64,000 bases of DNA from NCBI GenBank assembly GCA_963766295.1, contig CAVXYW010000001.1, forward strand, positions 735,196-799,195. The letters are read 5' to 3'. Below the pieces are notes generated by a model that did not search any database, was not told the origin of the DNA, and worked only from the letters and a program-made list of their open reading frames with translations. The stretch comes from an uncultured Actinomycetes bacterium. GTDB taxonomy: Bacteria > Actinomycetota > JAICYB01. Below, piece by piece: positions 37,363 to 46,281 of the stretch; positions within the stretch are counted from its first letter, which is position 1; each line of letters begins with the position of its first letter. Both the position numbers and the translations under genes were made by a program.

Positions 37363-38511
37363 ATGGGCAGGCGACCGCGGTTCGCAAGACTTCCAATATT
37401 CGCGGCTGCCGCTGCCATCATCGTCTTTGCTTCAACATTGGGCTCCAGCAACACCGGAATGGCCCAGCAAAGACCATGCGGCGGTCTCTTCCAGACGCCC
37501 TGTCCTCCGCCTACTCCAACGGCGGCGCCAACGGCTCCGCCGACCGCGGCGCCCACGCCGACCAAGATCCCGGTTCCCGGTGATACTCCGGAGCCGACCA
37601 AGAAGCCCGACAAAACAGCCAAGCCTTCGACCAAACCCGATCCCAGCGAGGAACCACCGGCAGACGACCTACCGGCCGGACTGGAAGAACAACTGACGCC
37701 ACTCGTCGTGCCGTCCATCCCCCGGACACGCGCGCGGAACACGGTCGAACTCGTGAAGGCTCTCCGCAATCTGACCGAGTACGGGATACCCCTGCAGCAA
37801 GTGCTCGTCGAAGGGATGGGACGATTCCCGGTCGCCGGACTCGCGCACTACCGCGACGATTGGCTCAATCCGCGCTTCACTCCCGTCCCGCATCTCCACA
37901 AGGGACTCGACATCTTTGCCGACTTCGGCACGCCGGTCAGGTCTCCCGACCGCGGTGTCCTCACCTTCTCTAATGGGCCGACGGGTGGGATCGGCGCTTA
38001 CGTTCGGGGCGAATCTGGCGACGTCTACTACTTCGCACACTTGGCCGAGCGCGCAGAAGGTTTGAAGCACGGCCAACGAGTCGACATCGGGACAGTCATC
38101 GGTTACGTCGGCGACACGGGGAACGCGCAAGGCGGCGCGCCGCACCTGCACTTCGAGATCCGACGCCCGGGACAGATACCCCCGAAACCCTCCGTCGATC
38201 AATGGCTGGACGAAGCGATCGAACTTGCTCCGCAATTCGTCAAGGTTCGCGGGGAACAGATCAAGGCGGCACGCGAAGGTGCTCGTGAACAAGCGGCAGA
38301 AGCCGGAGTGCCCGCGGGTGACCTTGAGGCGTCGATGCTCCTAACGCTCCTCGACCCGGTGGGTGGCTCCGTCGGACTCTTGCCGCGTTTGGATCTCGAG
38401 CAAAAGAAGCTCTCCCTGGTCTCCGATCGTTTGCTCACCGAGCTCATCCGTGACCGCGTGGACGGATACCTGCTGTTACCTCAATCACGCGGCATCCACG
38501 TCACCGACTAG
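37363..38511 (+). CDS. M23 family metallopeptidase with Pro-rich linker
   Basis: Signal/TM segment, PT-rich linker, HKGLD (HxxxD), YYFAHL, HLHFE (HxH). Confidence 0.88.
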   Translation: MGRRPRFARLPIFAAAAAIIVFASTLGSSNTGMAQQRPCGGLFQTPCPPPTPTAAPTAPPTAAPTPTKIPVPGDTPEPTKKPDKTAKPSTKPDPSEEPPADDLPAGLEEQLTPLVVPSIPRTRARNTVELVKALRNLTEYGIPLQQVLVEGMGRFPVAGLAHYRDDWLNPRFTPVPHLHKGLDIFADFGTPVRSPDRGVLTFSNGPTGGIGAYVRGESGDVYYFAHLAERAEGLKHGQRVDIGTVIGYVGDTGNAQGGAPHLHFEIRRPGQIPPKPSVDQWLDEAIELAPQFVKVRGEQIKAAREGAREQAAEAGVPAGDLEASMLLTLLDPVGGSVGLLPRLDLEQKKLSLVSDRLLTELIRDRVDGYLLLPQSRGIHVTD

Positions 38512-38600
38512 CCGTCGAGGCGTTCTCTAGGGTCGATTACTATCGATATCGCCCGAAGGCAGGCATTCGGGAGGAGTTGGATCCCGGGTTTAGAGGACTC

Positions 38601-38682
38601 GGGGGGATACCCAAGTGGCCAACGGGGCCTGGCTGTAAACCAGGTGCTTTCAGCTTCGCAGGTTCAAATCCTGCTCCCCCCA
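38601..38682 (+). tRNA. tRNA-Tyr(GTA)
   Basis: Acceptor GGGGGGA/TCCCCCC, anticodon arm CCTGG-CTGTAAA-CCAGG, long variable arm, GGTTCAAATCC T-arm. Confidence 0.93.
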
Positions 38683-38692
38683 CTGCTTCCAA

Positions 38693-38766
38693 GGCGGAGT
38701 AGCTCAGATGGTAAGAGCGCCCGGCTCATAATCGGGAGGTCGGCGGTTCGAGTCCGCCCTCCGCTA
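38693..38766 (+). tRNA. tRNA-Met(CAT), probably elongator
   Basis: GGCGGAG/CTCCGCT acceptor, TAGCTCAG, CCCGG-CTCATAA-TCGGG, GGTTCGAGTCC; lacks initiator hallmarks. Confidence 0.88.
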
Positions 38767-38793
38767 CGCTTCAACCACATAGGAGAAAACGCA

Positions 38794-38958
38794 ATGGCCA
38801 AGTCAGACGTCCGCGTGATCGTCACGCTCGAATGCAGCGAGTGCAAGCGCCGCAACTACTCGACGCAGAAGAACAAGCGCGAGCACAAGGACCGCCTCGA
38901 GCTCAAGAAATACTGCCCGCACGACCGCCGGCACACTCTGCACCGCGAAACCCGCTAG
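38794..38958 (+). CDS. rpmG: 50S ribosomal protein L33
   Basis: [28 protein letters not shown]...[21 protein letters not shown]; AGGAG SD. Confidence 0.96.
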   Translation: MAKSDVRVIVTLECSECKRRNYSTQKNKREHKDRLELKKYCPHDRRHTLHRETR

Positions 38959-39458
38959 CCGGGCCTTCCCAGCAATCCCGCCGTAGGCGGTGACGGATCG
39001 AGCGTTGCCGTGAGTTCCAGCGGTTCGACGCCTATGTGCGCCTCGGCTATCGCCGCAACGGCTTCGAAGGTGCGGGGGTAACGCGGTGCGTCCACGCCGG
39101 CGCGGCCGGCTTCGGTGTACCACCACGCGACGAGTGCTCCATCCGGGCTGACCACGCGGCGGATCTCCCCCAAGACGATAGCCAAGGCTTGGTCGTCCAG
39201 ATGGTGGAAGAGATCGCCGGCCAGGACCGCACCGAAGCTTCCACTCTTGAAAGGAAGGTGCGCAGCCTCGGCCGCCGCAACCCGCACGCCCGATCTCGCC
39301 AGCGCACGCATGGGGACGACGGCATGATCGACACCAACGACCAGTCCATGCGGCTCGACGAGTGCGCGGAGCGTCTGACCGTCACCCGTTCCTACGTCCA
39401 ATAGCGGGCGCGCATCTAACAAGTGACCGTCCGCGGGACGAACCCATGTCCAAGCCAT
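38955..39458 (-). CDS. Class I SAM-dependent methyltransferase
   Basis: LLDVGTGDG motif [21 protein letters not shown]. Confidence 0.8.
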   Translation of the reverse strand: MAWTWVRPADGHLLDARPLLDVGTGDGQTLRALVEPHGLVVGVDHAVVPMRALARSGVRVAAAEAAHLPFKSGSFGAVLAGDLFHHLDDQALAIVLGEIRRVVSPDGALVAWWYTEAGRAGVDAPRYPRTFEAVAAIAEAHIGVEPLELTATLDPSPPTAGLLGRPG

Positions 39459-39477
39459 CGACTACAGACTGACGCGG

Positions 39478-39954
39478 TTACGTGGCTCTGCGCGGTTCGG
39501 GCTTTTGCTGTTCCCCGTTGTTCTTGATGAAAGAGAAGCGACCGTCCGCTTCGATGATCCCGATCTTCACTTCGCTCAGGTCCTCGAAGCCTTGCTGCCG
39601 AGCGGCTTGCAGAACCTCGTCCAGGGGAACGCGTTCGTAGTGGAGTGACTCCTTTATCGGCTCGCCGTCGCGCACGACAACAACCGGCACACCGATTAGA
39701 AGCGGTTCGGTCTTGCGCCAGCGGTAGGTCATGTAGCTGAAGATCAGGATCCATGCGCCGATCGTGCCGACAGCAAGGATCGCGCCTACGACGGACATGT
39801 CTTCTTGCGTGACGGCTTGTTGAACGAGATCACCGATCGTGACGAGCAGCACCAACTCGAACGCGCTCATCTCCGCGAGCTCGCGTTTTCCCATCGCTCG
39901 CGTCAGCAGCCAGATGAAGAAGAAGATCGCACTGGAGCGAAGGACGATCTCCAT
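39478..39954 (-). CDS. DUF421/YetF-domain membrane protein
   Basis: GKRELAEMSAFELVLL, PVVVVRDG, LQAARQQG, IEADGRFSFI. Confidence 0.85.
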   Translation of the reverse strand: MEIVLRSSAIFFFIWLLTRAMGKRELAEMSAFELVLLVTIGDLVQQAVTQEDMSVVGAILAVGTIGAWILIFSYMTYRWRKTEPLLIGVPVVVVRDGEPIKESLHYERVPLDEVLQAARQQGFEDLSEVKIGIIEADGRFSFIKNNGEQQKPEPRRAT

Positions 39955-40485
39955 TTAGGGAAGCACCCACGTTCGATAACTGGCTTGGGCGACCACGCGA
40001 CTTCCGTCCATCAGCCGGGTGACTCCTTCTTGTCCCCATTGGCGGGCCGGTTCGAGCCGCGCATCGAACGACACGTCGAAAACGTCCCCATCCGGTGGCT
40101 CGAACTCCCAGTAGACGAACTCGCCATCGGCCGTCGCTCCGCTGGGGTCGGGATCGAGCCCGTTCTCGTCGAACATGTCGAAGTACTCCGACGACACCGC
40201 GATAGTGATCGGACCGTCGAATCCGCCCGGGTGGCGCACAGTGGTGGACCACGGCGTCGCCAGACCCGGCCGCGTCACTCGCGCGAACTCGACCTCGAGC
40301 TCGTAGCCGTCACCTGTGGCCGTAACCGTCCCAGTGCGAACGCCGAGCACCCCGGCCAATCCAAGGCCGAGAAAGATGAAGAGCAGGACGATGAACACGC
40401 GCCTCGCTGCGCGCCCATAGCGCAGGCGCTGCGGCGTCGGGGCGTCCGGAAGGGTGCTGTAGCCGGCTTTCGCCGCCCGTGCCAT
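39955..40485 (-). CDS. Hypothetical single-TM protein, co-transcribed with DUF421
   Basis: 176 aa, one N-terminal TM, beta-rich remainder; abuts the DUF421 start. Confidence 0.65.
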   Translation of the reverse strand: MARAAKAGYSTLPDAPTPQRLRYGRAARRVFIVLLFIFLGLGLAGVLGVRTGTVTATGDGYELEVEFARVTRPGLATPWSTTVRHPGGFDGPITIAVSSEYFDMFDENGLDPDPSGATADGEFVYWEFEPPDGDVFDVSFDARLEPARQWGQEGVTRLMDGSRVVAQASYRTWVLP

Positions 40486-40597
40486 ATGGGGGAGCGTGCC
40501 ATCCCCGTAGGGCGAAAGGTTGGATGTCGGGGGCCGCTCCGCGGCCGATGTACTAATACGCCCTCAGCCAGGCTGCAGGGCGGAAATGTCACAGCTC

Positions 40598-40627
40598 TGT
40601 AACCTGAAGTCGAAAGAGCAGGTCTAA
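40598..40627 (+). promoter_or_regulatory. Possible ECF-type autoregulatory promoter
   Basis: TGTAACC-N16-GGTCTAA ending about 15 nt upstream of the sigma factor start. Confidence 0.3.
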
Positions 40628-40642
40628 CCACGAAAGGCGCTA

Positions 40643-41251
40643 GTGGACGTCACTCCGGAACTTGTTCGTGCTGCACAGCAGGGTGACCCCGCCGCTCTCG
40701 AAGACCTGATCTCCGGGTCTTACCGGGCGGCGTACACCCTAGCTTTGCGACTCATGGGCAATCCGGACGACGCAGCCGAGGCGACCCAGGAGGCGTACAT
40801 CAGGATGGTTCGGGGCCTGAAGCGCTTTCGCGAAGTGGGGGCTTTCCCCACGTGGTTGTTCAAGATCGTCAGCAACGTTTGCATGACCGAGATGCGTAAG
40901 CGAAGCAGACGGGAACTCCCCGTCGAGATCGACACGATGGAAGGAGAGCGACTCCCGCTTGGTGGGGAGACACCTCCGCAGGACGCAGAGGAGGCAGCCA
41001 TCGGAAGGGTGTTCTGGGGCGAGTTGGAACGGTCGGTCCGCGCTTTGCCGGATCCGTATCGCTCCGTCGTAGTGCTTCGGGACATTCAAGGACTATCGGG
41101 AGAAGAGACGGGCGAGATCTTGGGGATCTCACCGGGGGCAGTAAAGGTGCGTTTGCACCGCGCCCGTCGCAAGCTCAAGGAAGACCTGGCGGACCAATTC
41201 CCGGAATGGGCCTCAGGTGCCGATGAAGAAGGGAAACGGGAGACGGCATGA
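40643..41251 (+). CDS. ECF RNA polymerase sigma-70 factor
   Basis: DAAEATQEAY (region 2), FPTWLFKI, LPDPYRSVVVLRDIQG, VKVRLHRAR (region 4). Confidence 0.92.
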   Translation: MDVTPELVRAAQQGDPAALEDLISGSYRAAYTLALRLMGNPDDAAEATQEAYIRMVRGLKRFREVGAFPTWLFKIVSNVCMTEMRKRSRRELPVEIDTMEGERLPLGGETPPQDAEEAAIGRVFWGELERSVRALPDPYRSVVVLRDIQGLSGEETGEILGISPGAVKVRLHRARRKLKEDLADQFPEWASGADEEGKRETA

Positions 41252-41619
41252 ACCAGTGCCCAGACATAGAAAGAATCATCTGGACGGACGGACCCGATGC
41301 GGCCCCGTCGGACCACATCGACGATTGCCCGTCCTGCCGGGCCGAGAGCCGGCGCGCAGCCGATCTGCAAGCGGCGTTGAGCGGAATGCGTAACCGCTTT
41401 GCGGCTGCGCCCATCGAGCTCGAGTCGAACATCCTCGCCGCGGTCAATCGCACAAGGATCGATCGCGCGCGTGACATCGTTGCTCACCCCAAGTTCTGGC
41501 GTGGGGCAGCGGTGGGCGCAGGTGCAGCTGCAGCTGTGGCCACGGCCGCAATCGGTGTGATGCGAGCACGTCGGCGCGTCGCGGCCGGTACGCCGGTCGC
41601 AGCTTCAGAAGTCGCTTGA
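41248..41619 (+). CDS. Putative zinc-binding anti-sigma factor (ZAS)
   Basis: HIDDCPSC (HxxxCxxC) followed by a C-terminal hydrophobic segment; ATGA overlap with the ECF gene. Confidence 0.75.
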   Translation: MNQCPDIERIIWTDGPDAAPSDHIDDCPSCRAESRRAADLQAALSGMRNRFAAAPIELESNILAAVNRTRIDRARDIVAHPKFWRGAAVGAGAAAAVATAAIGVMRARRRVAAGTPVAASEVA

Positions 41620-41735
41620 CAAACGCCTAGACTCAGGCCTTTGTAGGCGCGCGTTACGGCGCGACCGCTGAGCTTTGGGCGCCGGATGCCGACCCCTGGG
41701 CACCCCCGTATACTTGACAGCCATTCCCACCCTTT

Positions 41736-41809
41736 AGGGCCGTAGCTCAATTTGGTAGAGCACCGGTCTCCAAAACCGGGGGTTGGGGGTTCGAGTCCCT
41801 CCGGCCCTG
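41736..41809 (+). tRNA. tRNA-Trp(CCA)
   Basis: AGGGCCG/CGGCCCT acceptor, CCGGT-CTCCAAA-ACCGG anticodon arm; upstream of secE; TATACT at 41709-41714. Confidence 0.93.
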
Positions 41810-41832
41810 CGAAGCACGGAAGGAAGGCGGTT

Positions 41833-42138
41833 GTGAACAGAGAGTTCAAGCGGCGGATGCGCCGGGACCAACGCGCGCAAGAACGCGCGCAGGCCCGGGG
41901 GCAACAGCGTCCGCCGATCCCTGTGCAACAGCAGAAGCGTGAGCGAACGGGGATCCGTCAGTACTTCCGTGAGATACAAGCTGAACTGAAGCGTGTGATG
42001 TGGCCAACGCGCAACGAAGTTGTCACGTATTCAATCGTTGTGGTCTGCGTAGTGAGCCTTCTGACGGGGTTGGTGTTCGTGCTCGACCTCGGCTTCGCTC
42101 AGGCCATCCTCGATCTGTTCAAACCAGCCGCAAGATGA
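41833..42138 (+). CDS. secE: Preprotein translocase subunit SecE
   Basis: YFREIQAELKRVMWPTRNE plus one TM; between tRNA-Trp and nusG. Confidence 0.93.
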   Translation: MNREFKRRMRRDQRAQERAQARGQQRPPIPVQQQKRERTGIRQYFREIQAELKRVMWPTRNEVVTYSIVVVCVVSLLTGLVFVLDLGFAQAILDLFKPAAR

Positions 42139-43184
42139 GCGATAACTCTCTAGACACGACGACCGAGGACCGATCAGTGGACGACCAAACGCCGAACAAC
42201 GGCGACGCGCCCGACGAGGCGCAAGAAGCAAACCAAGCGGCGCAAGAAACCCAAGCGGATCAAGATGTCACCGAGGCTCCGGAAGAAACACTTCCGACCG
42301 GCACCGAAGAAGACGCCGAGGCCTCGTCGCAGCAAACCGAAGAGGAGCCTGTGACGCCGGCGAGTTCTGAGGTCGCTTCTTACGAACCGGAGACGGAACC
42401 CGGCGGGGCGGCGGAAGAGGAAACCGGTGACGTTGCCGAGCCGCCAGCCACCCTTGCCGCTTCGCAACCGGAGCCCGCCGAAGCTAAAGCAGCAACCGCC
42501 GAAGCTGAAGCGGAGACCGATGAGGACGCAGACGAACTCGTTGAGACGCCCGTCGCGGTCGCAGCGCCGGCGACGGTCGAAGTTTCCGCGGACGGCGAAG
42601 TTTCAGCCGAGGAAACGGAAGAGGACGAGGACGAGGACGAAGAGATAGACGACTTCTTCGCTCCCGGCGATTGGTTCGTCGTCCACACCTACGCCGGTTA
42701 CGAGAACAAAGTGAAGGCCAACCTTGCGTCGCGGATCCAGTCCATGAACATGGAGGACAAGATCTACGACGTGGTCGTCCCGACCGAAGAAGTGATGGAG
42801 CTCAAGTCGGGCAAGATGCAGGCCATCCAGAAGAAGGTGTTCCCCGGCTACATCCTCGTCCGGATGCAGCTTGACGACGACTCCTGGTACGTGGTGCGTA
42901 ATACGCCCGGTGTTACAGGCTTCGTCGGATCGGGAGCCAAGCCCACACCACTCGACCACACCGAGGTCACCAAGATCCTCGCGCCGAAGACCGAAGACCG
43001 GCCGAAGCCGAAGCTCGAGTACGAAGTCGGCGAGGTCGTCAGCGTGGTCGGCGGCGCGTTCGCCGGCTACAGCGGCCCGGTCGAGTCGATCGACCAGGAG
43101 AAGCAGCAGGTTCGCGTCCTCCTGGATCTGTTCGGCCGGGAGACGCCGGTAGAGTTGACGTTCGATCAAGTCACGAAGCTCTAG
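42135..43184 (+). CDS. nusG: Transcription factor NusG with long acidic N-terminal extension
   Basis: WFVVHTYAGYENKVK, KVFPGYILV, VRNTPGVTGFVG, KOW domain, FGRETPVEL. Confidence 0.95.
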   Translation: MSDNSLDTTTEDRSVDDQTPNNGDAPDEAQEANQAAQETQADQDVTEAPEETLPTGTEEDAEASSQQTEEEPVTPASSEVASYEPETEPGGAAEEETGDVAEPPATLAASQPEPAEAKAATAEAEAETDEDADELVETPVAVAAPATVEVSADGEVSAEETEEDEDEDEEIDDFFAPGDWFVVHTYAGYENKVKANLASRIQSMNMEDKIYDVVVPTEEVMELKSGKMQAIQKKVFPGYILVRMQLDDDSWYVVRNTPGVTGFVGSGAKPTPLDHTEVTKILAPKTEDRPKPKLEYEVGEVVSVVGGAFAGYSGPVESIDQEKQQVRVLLDLFGRETPVELTFDQVTKL

Positions 43185-43194
43185 GAGTTCCTAA

Positions 43195-43617
43195 ATGGCG
43201 AAGAAGATCCTTACGAAGCTCAAGCTGCAACTGCCGGCCGGACAGGCTTCGGCGGCGCCGCCCGTTGGTCCGGCTCTCGGACAGCACGGCGTGAACATCA
43301 TGGAATTCGTGAAGTCCTACAACGAGGCGACGCGGAACCAGCAGGGGACGATCATTCCCGTCGAGCTCACCGTCTACGACGACCGCTCGTTCTCATTCGT
43401 CACCAAGACGCCGCCGGCCGCCGTCCTCATCAAGCAGGCCGCCGGCATCGAGAAGGGGTCGGCCGAGCCTCACAGAGACAAGGTCGGCAAGATCACGAAG
43501 GATCAGGCGCGACGGATCGCCGAACAGAAGATGAAGGACCTGACCGCGAACGACCTCGACCAGGCCGTGAAGATCATCGAGGGAACCGCGCGCTCGATGG
43601 GAGTGAAGGTGGAGTAA
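43195..43617 (+). CDS. rplK: 50S ribosomal protein L11
   Basis: [17 protein letters not shown] and GTARSMG. Confidence 0.97.
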   Translation: MAKKILTKLKLQLPAGQASAAPPVGPALGQHGVNIMEFVKSYNEATRNQQGTIIPVELTVYDDRSFSFVTKTPPAAVLIKQAAGIEKGSAEPHRDKVGKITKDQARRIAEQKMKDLTANDLDQAVKIIEGTARSMGVKVE

Positions 43618-44345
43618 TGGGCAACGCAGCCAAAACCAAACGACTGAAGGCCGCAAACGAAGGCTTCGACGCCGAGCAGATCTACCAGCCGGCGGAAGCA
43701 CTCGAGATCGTCAAGCGCAACGCCACCGCGAAGTTCGACGAGACCGTCGAGGTTGCGGTCAAGCTCGGCATCGACGCGCGCAAGTCAGACCAGATGGTGC
43801 GCGGTACGGTGAGTCTTCCGGCCGGCACCGGTAAGTCGGCGCGGATCGCGGTGTTTGCTGCCGGCGAAGCCGCCCGCGAGGCGAAGGAAGCCGGAGCCGA
43901 CTTCGTCGGTGAGGACGACCTCATCGAGAAGGTGCAGGGCGGTTGGTTCGATTTCGACTCCGCGGTTGCGACGCCGGACATGATGCCCAAGGTCGGAAAG
44001 ATCGGAAAGCTCCTCGGCCCCCGCGGCCTCATGCCGAACCCCAAGTCCGGAACGGTAACCCCTGATGTGGGCAAGGCCGTCAGCGAGATCAAAGGCGGAA
44101 AGACCGAGTACAGGTCGGACAAGTTCGGGAACGTCCACATGGTTCTCGGAAAGGCGTCTTTCGAGCCCGACGCGCTGCAGAAGAATTTCGCAGCCGCGCT
44201 GGATGAGTTGGTCAAAGCGAAGCCGTCGTCCGCGAAGGGCCGTTACATCAAAGGCATCACGGTCTCATCAACGATGGGGCCCGGCGTGAAGGTCGACCCG
44301 AACGTTTCAACGCGCGAACTGTCCGGCGCGACGGACGGCGGGTAA
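43617..44345 (+). CDS. rplA: 50S ribosomal protein L1
   Basis: [44 protein letters not shown]. Confidence 0.97.
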   Translation: MGNAAKTKRLKAANEGFDAEQIYQPAEALEIVKRNATAKFDETVEVAVKLGIDARKSDQMVRGTVSLPAGTGKSARIAVFAAGEAAREAKEAGADFVGEDDLIEKVQGGWFDFDSAVATPDMMPKVGKIGKLLGPRGLMPNPKSGTVTPDVGKAVSEIKGGKTEYRSDKFGNVHMVLGKASFEPDALQKNFAAALDELVKAKPSSAKGRYIKGITVSSTMGPGVKVDPNVSTRELSGATDGG

Positions 44346-44375
44346 GCGGTAAGAGTTTCGGGCCGTATACTGGCC

Positions 44376-44452
44376 CGACCGTAGACAGCAGGTCCCGCAA
44401 GGGGTAATGCGAAAGCGCCTGCCGAGGTCAAGTAGTTGAAGTAAGCCTCGGC
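44376..44452 (+). ncRNA. Ribosomal protein L10 leader (autoregulatory RNA)
   Basis: AGACAGCAGG...CCTGCCGAGG pattern in the rplA-rplJ spacer; TATACT at 44366-44371. Confidence 0.7.
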
Positions 44453-44454
44453 CG

Positions 44455-44484
44455 CCTTCGTCCCCCGCGGGACGGAGGTTTTTT
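44455..44484 (+). terminator. Intrinsic terminator/attenuator hairpin directly before the rplJ start
   Basis: CCTTCGTCCC-CCGC-GGGACGGAGG followed by TTTTTT. Confidence 0.75.
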
Positions 44485-44485
44485 C

Positions 44486-45334
44486 ATGTCAGATGGATAC
44501 GCAGTAAAGGTTCGGCCCGAGAAGGCCGAGGCCGTCGAGCAGATCAAGGGCGACCTGGACGAAACGCAGGTCGCTGTCATCACCGAGTACCGAGGACTTA
44601 CCGTCCCGGCGTTGGCCGACTTGCGAGCCAAGCTCGGCGCCGTCGACTCCAGCTACCGAGTGGTGAAGAACACCCTCGCGCGCCGCGCGGTCAGCGAGCT
44701 CGGTTTCGACGAGCTCGTCGAGCTCTTCGAGGGCCCGGTAGCGGTTGCGTACTGCAAGGGCGACCCGGTGACGGCAGCCAGGGTCATCGCAACCTTCGCG
44801 AAGGAGCACCCCGAGCTCGTCATCAAGGGCGGTGTCCTCGAAGGCAGATTCATCACCGGCGAGGAAGCCAAGGGTCTGGCAACGATCGACATGCTGGATG
44901 TTTCTCGCGCAAAGATCGCCGGACTACTGACCGCGGCTCTGCGACAGATCGCGATGATTGCGCAGGCGCCGGCACAACGGATCCTTTACGTCTTGGAGGA
45001 GCTCGGCAAACGGGGACCAGCTGCCGACGAAGCCCCAGCCGCCGAAGAAGCCCCAGCTGCCGAAGAAGCTCCAGCTGCGGAAGCTCCGGCGCAGGAAGCA
45101 GCAACAGAACCGCCGGTTGCTGAGGCGAGTGCCGAACCTGCTGCAGAGGTGAGTGCCGAACCTGTTGCAGAGGCAAGTGCTGAACCCGCAGCGGAAGCTG
45201 CACCCGAAGCCGAAGCTGCACCTGAAGCCGAAGCTGCACCTGAGACGGAAGCGGCACCTGAGGCGGAAGCACCGGCCGACGAAGCATCAAGCGAACAACC
45301 ACCCGAAGAGTCAACGGAAAAGGAAGGGGAGTAA
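44486..45334 (+). CDS. rplJ: 50S ribosomal protein L10 with long Ala/Glu/Pro-rich tail
   Basis: [25 protein letters not shown]; about 105 extra C-terminal residues. Confidence 0.94.
   Translation: MSDGYAVKVRPEKAEAVEQIKGDLDETQVAVITEYRGLTVPALADLRAKLGAVDSSYRVVKNTLARRAVSELGFDELVELFEGPVAVAYCKGDPVTAARVIATFAKEHPELVIKGGVLEGRFITGEEAKGLATIDMLDVSRAKIAGLLTAALRQIAMIAQAPAQRILYVLEELGKRGPAADEAPAAEEAPAAEEAPAAEAPAQEAATEPPVAEASAEPAAEVSAEPVAEASAEPAAEAAPEAEAAPEAEAAPETEAAPEAEAPADEASSEQPPEESTEKEGE
45020..45290 (+). repeat. Degenerate in-frame tandem repeats in the rplJ tail
   Basis: 18-nt units (AAEEAP, about 3-4 copies; AAPEAE, about 4 copies) and 24-nt units (ASAEPAAE, about 3 copies). Confidence 0.8.
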
Positions 45335-45336
45335 CG

Positions 45337-45717
45337 ATGAGCAAGGTGCAAGAGGTTCTCGAAGCGATCAAGGGCCTGAGCGTTCTCGAAGCAGCCGATC
45401 TCGCCAAGCAGATGCAGGAAGAGTTCGGGATCGAAGCGGCTGCGCCCGTCGCCGTCGCTGCGGCCGGAGCTCCGGGCGGTGGCGATGGCGCCGCGGCTGA
45501 GGAGAAGGACGAGTTCGACGTCGTCCTGACGGCGGCCGGCGACAAGAAGATCCAGGTGATCAAGGAGGTGCGTGCGGTGACGACCCTCGGTTTGAAGGAA
45601 GCCAAGGACCTCGTCGACAGCGCGCCCAAGGCGATCAAGGAGAAGATCAACAAGGAAGAGGCGGAGAAGATCAAGGCCGCCATCGAAGCCGCCGGCGGCT
45701 CCGTGGAGATCAAGTGA
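45337..45717 (+). CDS. rplL: 50S ribosomal protein L7/L12
   Basis: [30 protein letters not shown]. Confidence 0.97.
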   Translation: MSKVQEVLEAIKGLSVLEAADLAKQMQEEFGIEAAAPVAVAAAGAPGGGDGAAAEEKDEFDVVLTAAGDKKIQVIKEVRAVTTLGLKEAKDLVDSAPKAIKEKINKEEAEKIKAAIEAAGGSVEIK

Positions 45718-45732
45718 GCGAAGCTCACTTGA
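45710..45732 (+). terminator. Hairpin overlapping the rplL stop (second hairpin at about 45745-45766)
   Basis: TCAAGTGAGC-GAA-GCTCACTTGA is a perfect 10-bp stem; followed by TCGGGGG...CCCCCGA. No U-tract. Confidence 0.55.
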
Positions 45733-45816
45733 AACGCGGGGGGTTCGGGGGACGCAGTGCCCCCGACCAAGTGACGCGAATCACAAGACCATGCCGAAGC
45801 GCGAAGTCGCGATCGG

Positions 45817-45846
45817 TTGACGCTGTCCGAAGCCCGTTTCTAGGAT
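45817..45846 (+). promoter_or_regulatory. Sigma-70 promoter of an apparently leaderless S1-domain gene
   Basis: TTGACG-N18-TAGGAT, then 6 nt to GTG 45853. Confidence 0.65.
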
Positions 45847-45852
45847 TGTCCC

Positions 45853-46215
45853 GTGGCTGAAGTCGGAGAAATCGTCGAGGGCGTAGTCGCGAAGATCATG
45901 CCGTACGGGGCGTTCGTCGACCTCGACGGCGGCGAGAAGGGCCTCGTTCACATCTCGCAGGTGGACAGGTCCTACGTCCAAAACGTCACGGACTTCCTTC
46001 GCGAATCCGAGAAGGTCACGGTCAAGGTCGTCGGCATCAAGGACGACGGACGCCTCGACCTATCCATAAAGGCCCTCCAGGAACCGGACCCGACGGAACA
46101 TCGTCCGACGCCCAAGCAGGACCCGGAGTTCGAGCGGATGCTGAAGAAGTTCATGCAGCGCAGCAACGAGCGCCAGGCCGACATCAAACGGAACGTCCGG
46201 AACAAGCTCGGCTGA
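45853..46215 (+). CDS. Small S1 RNA-binding domain protein (YabR/YugI-like)
   Basis: GEIVEGVVAKIMPYGAFVDL..GLVHISQV, RLDLSIK, FERMLKKFMQRSNER. Confidence 0.88.
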   Translation: MAEVGEIVEGVVAKIMPYGAFVDLDGGEKGLVHISQVDRSYVQNVTDFLRESEKVTVKVVGIKDDGRLDLSIKALQEPDPTEHRPTPKQDPEFERMLKKFMQRSNERQADIKRNVRNKLG

Positions 46216-46281
46216 CGCAGGACCGCCCGTAGGGCGCCCTTGTTCAGGATCGCGTAGGCGCCCTTCAAAAGGGGAAACGCT

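Noticed and set aside
38693-38766. Initiator tRNA-fMet
   Set aside because: Positions 1 and 72 can pair (G-U), and the anticodon stem lacks the three G-C pairs. Ile2 is not fully excluded.
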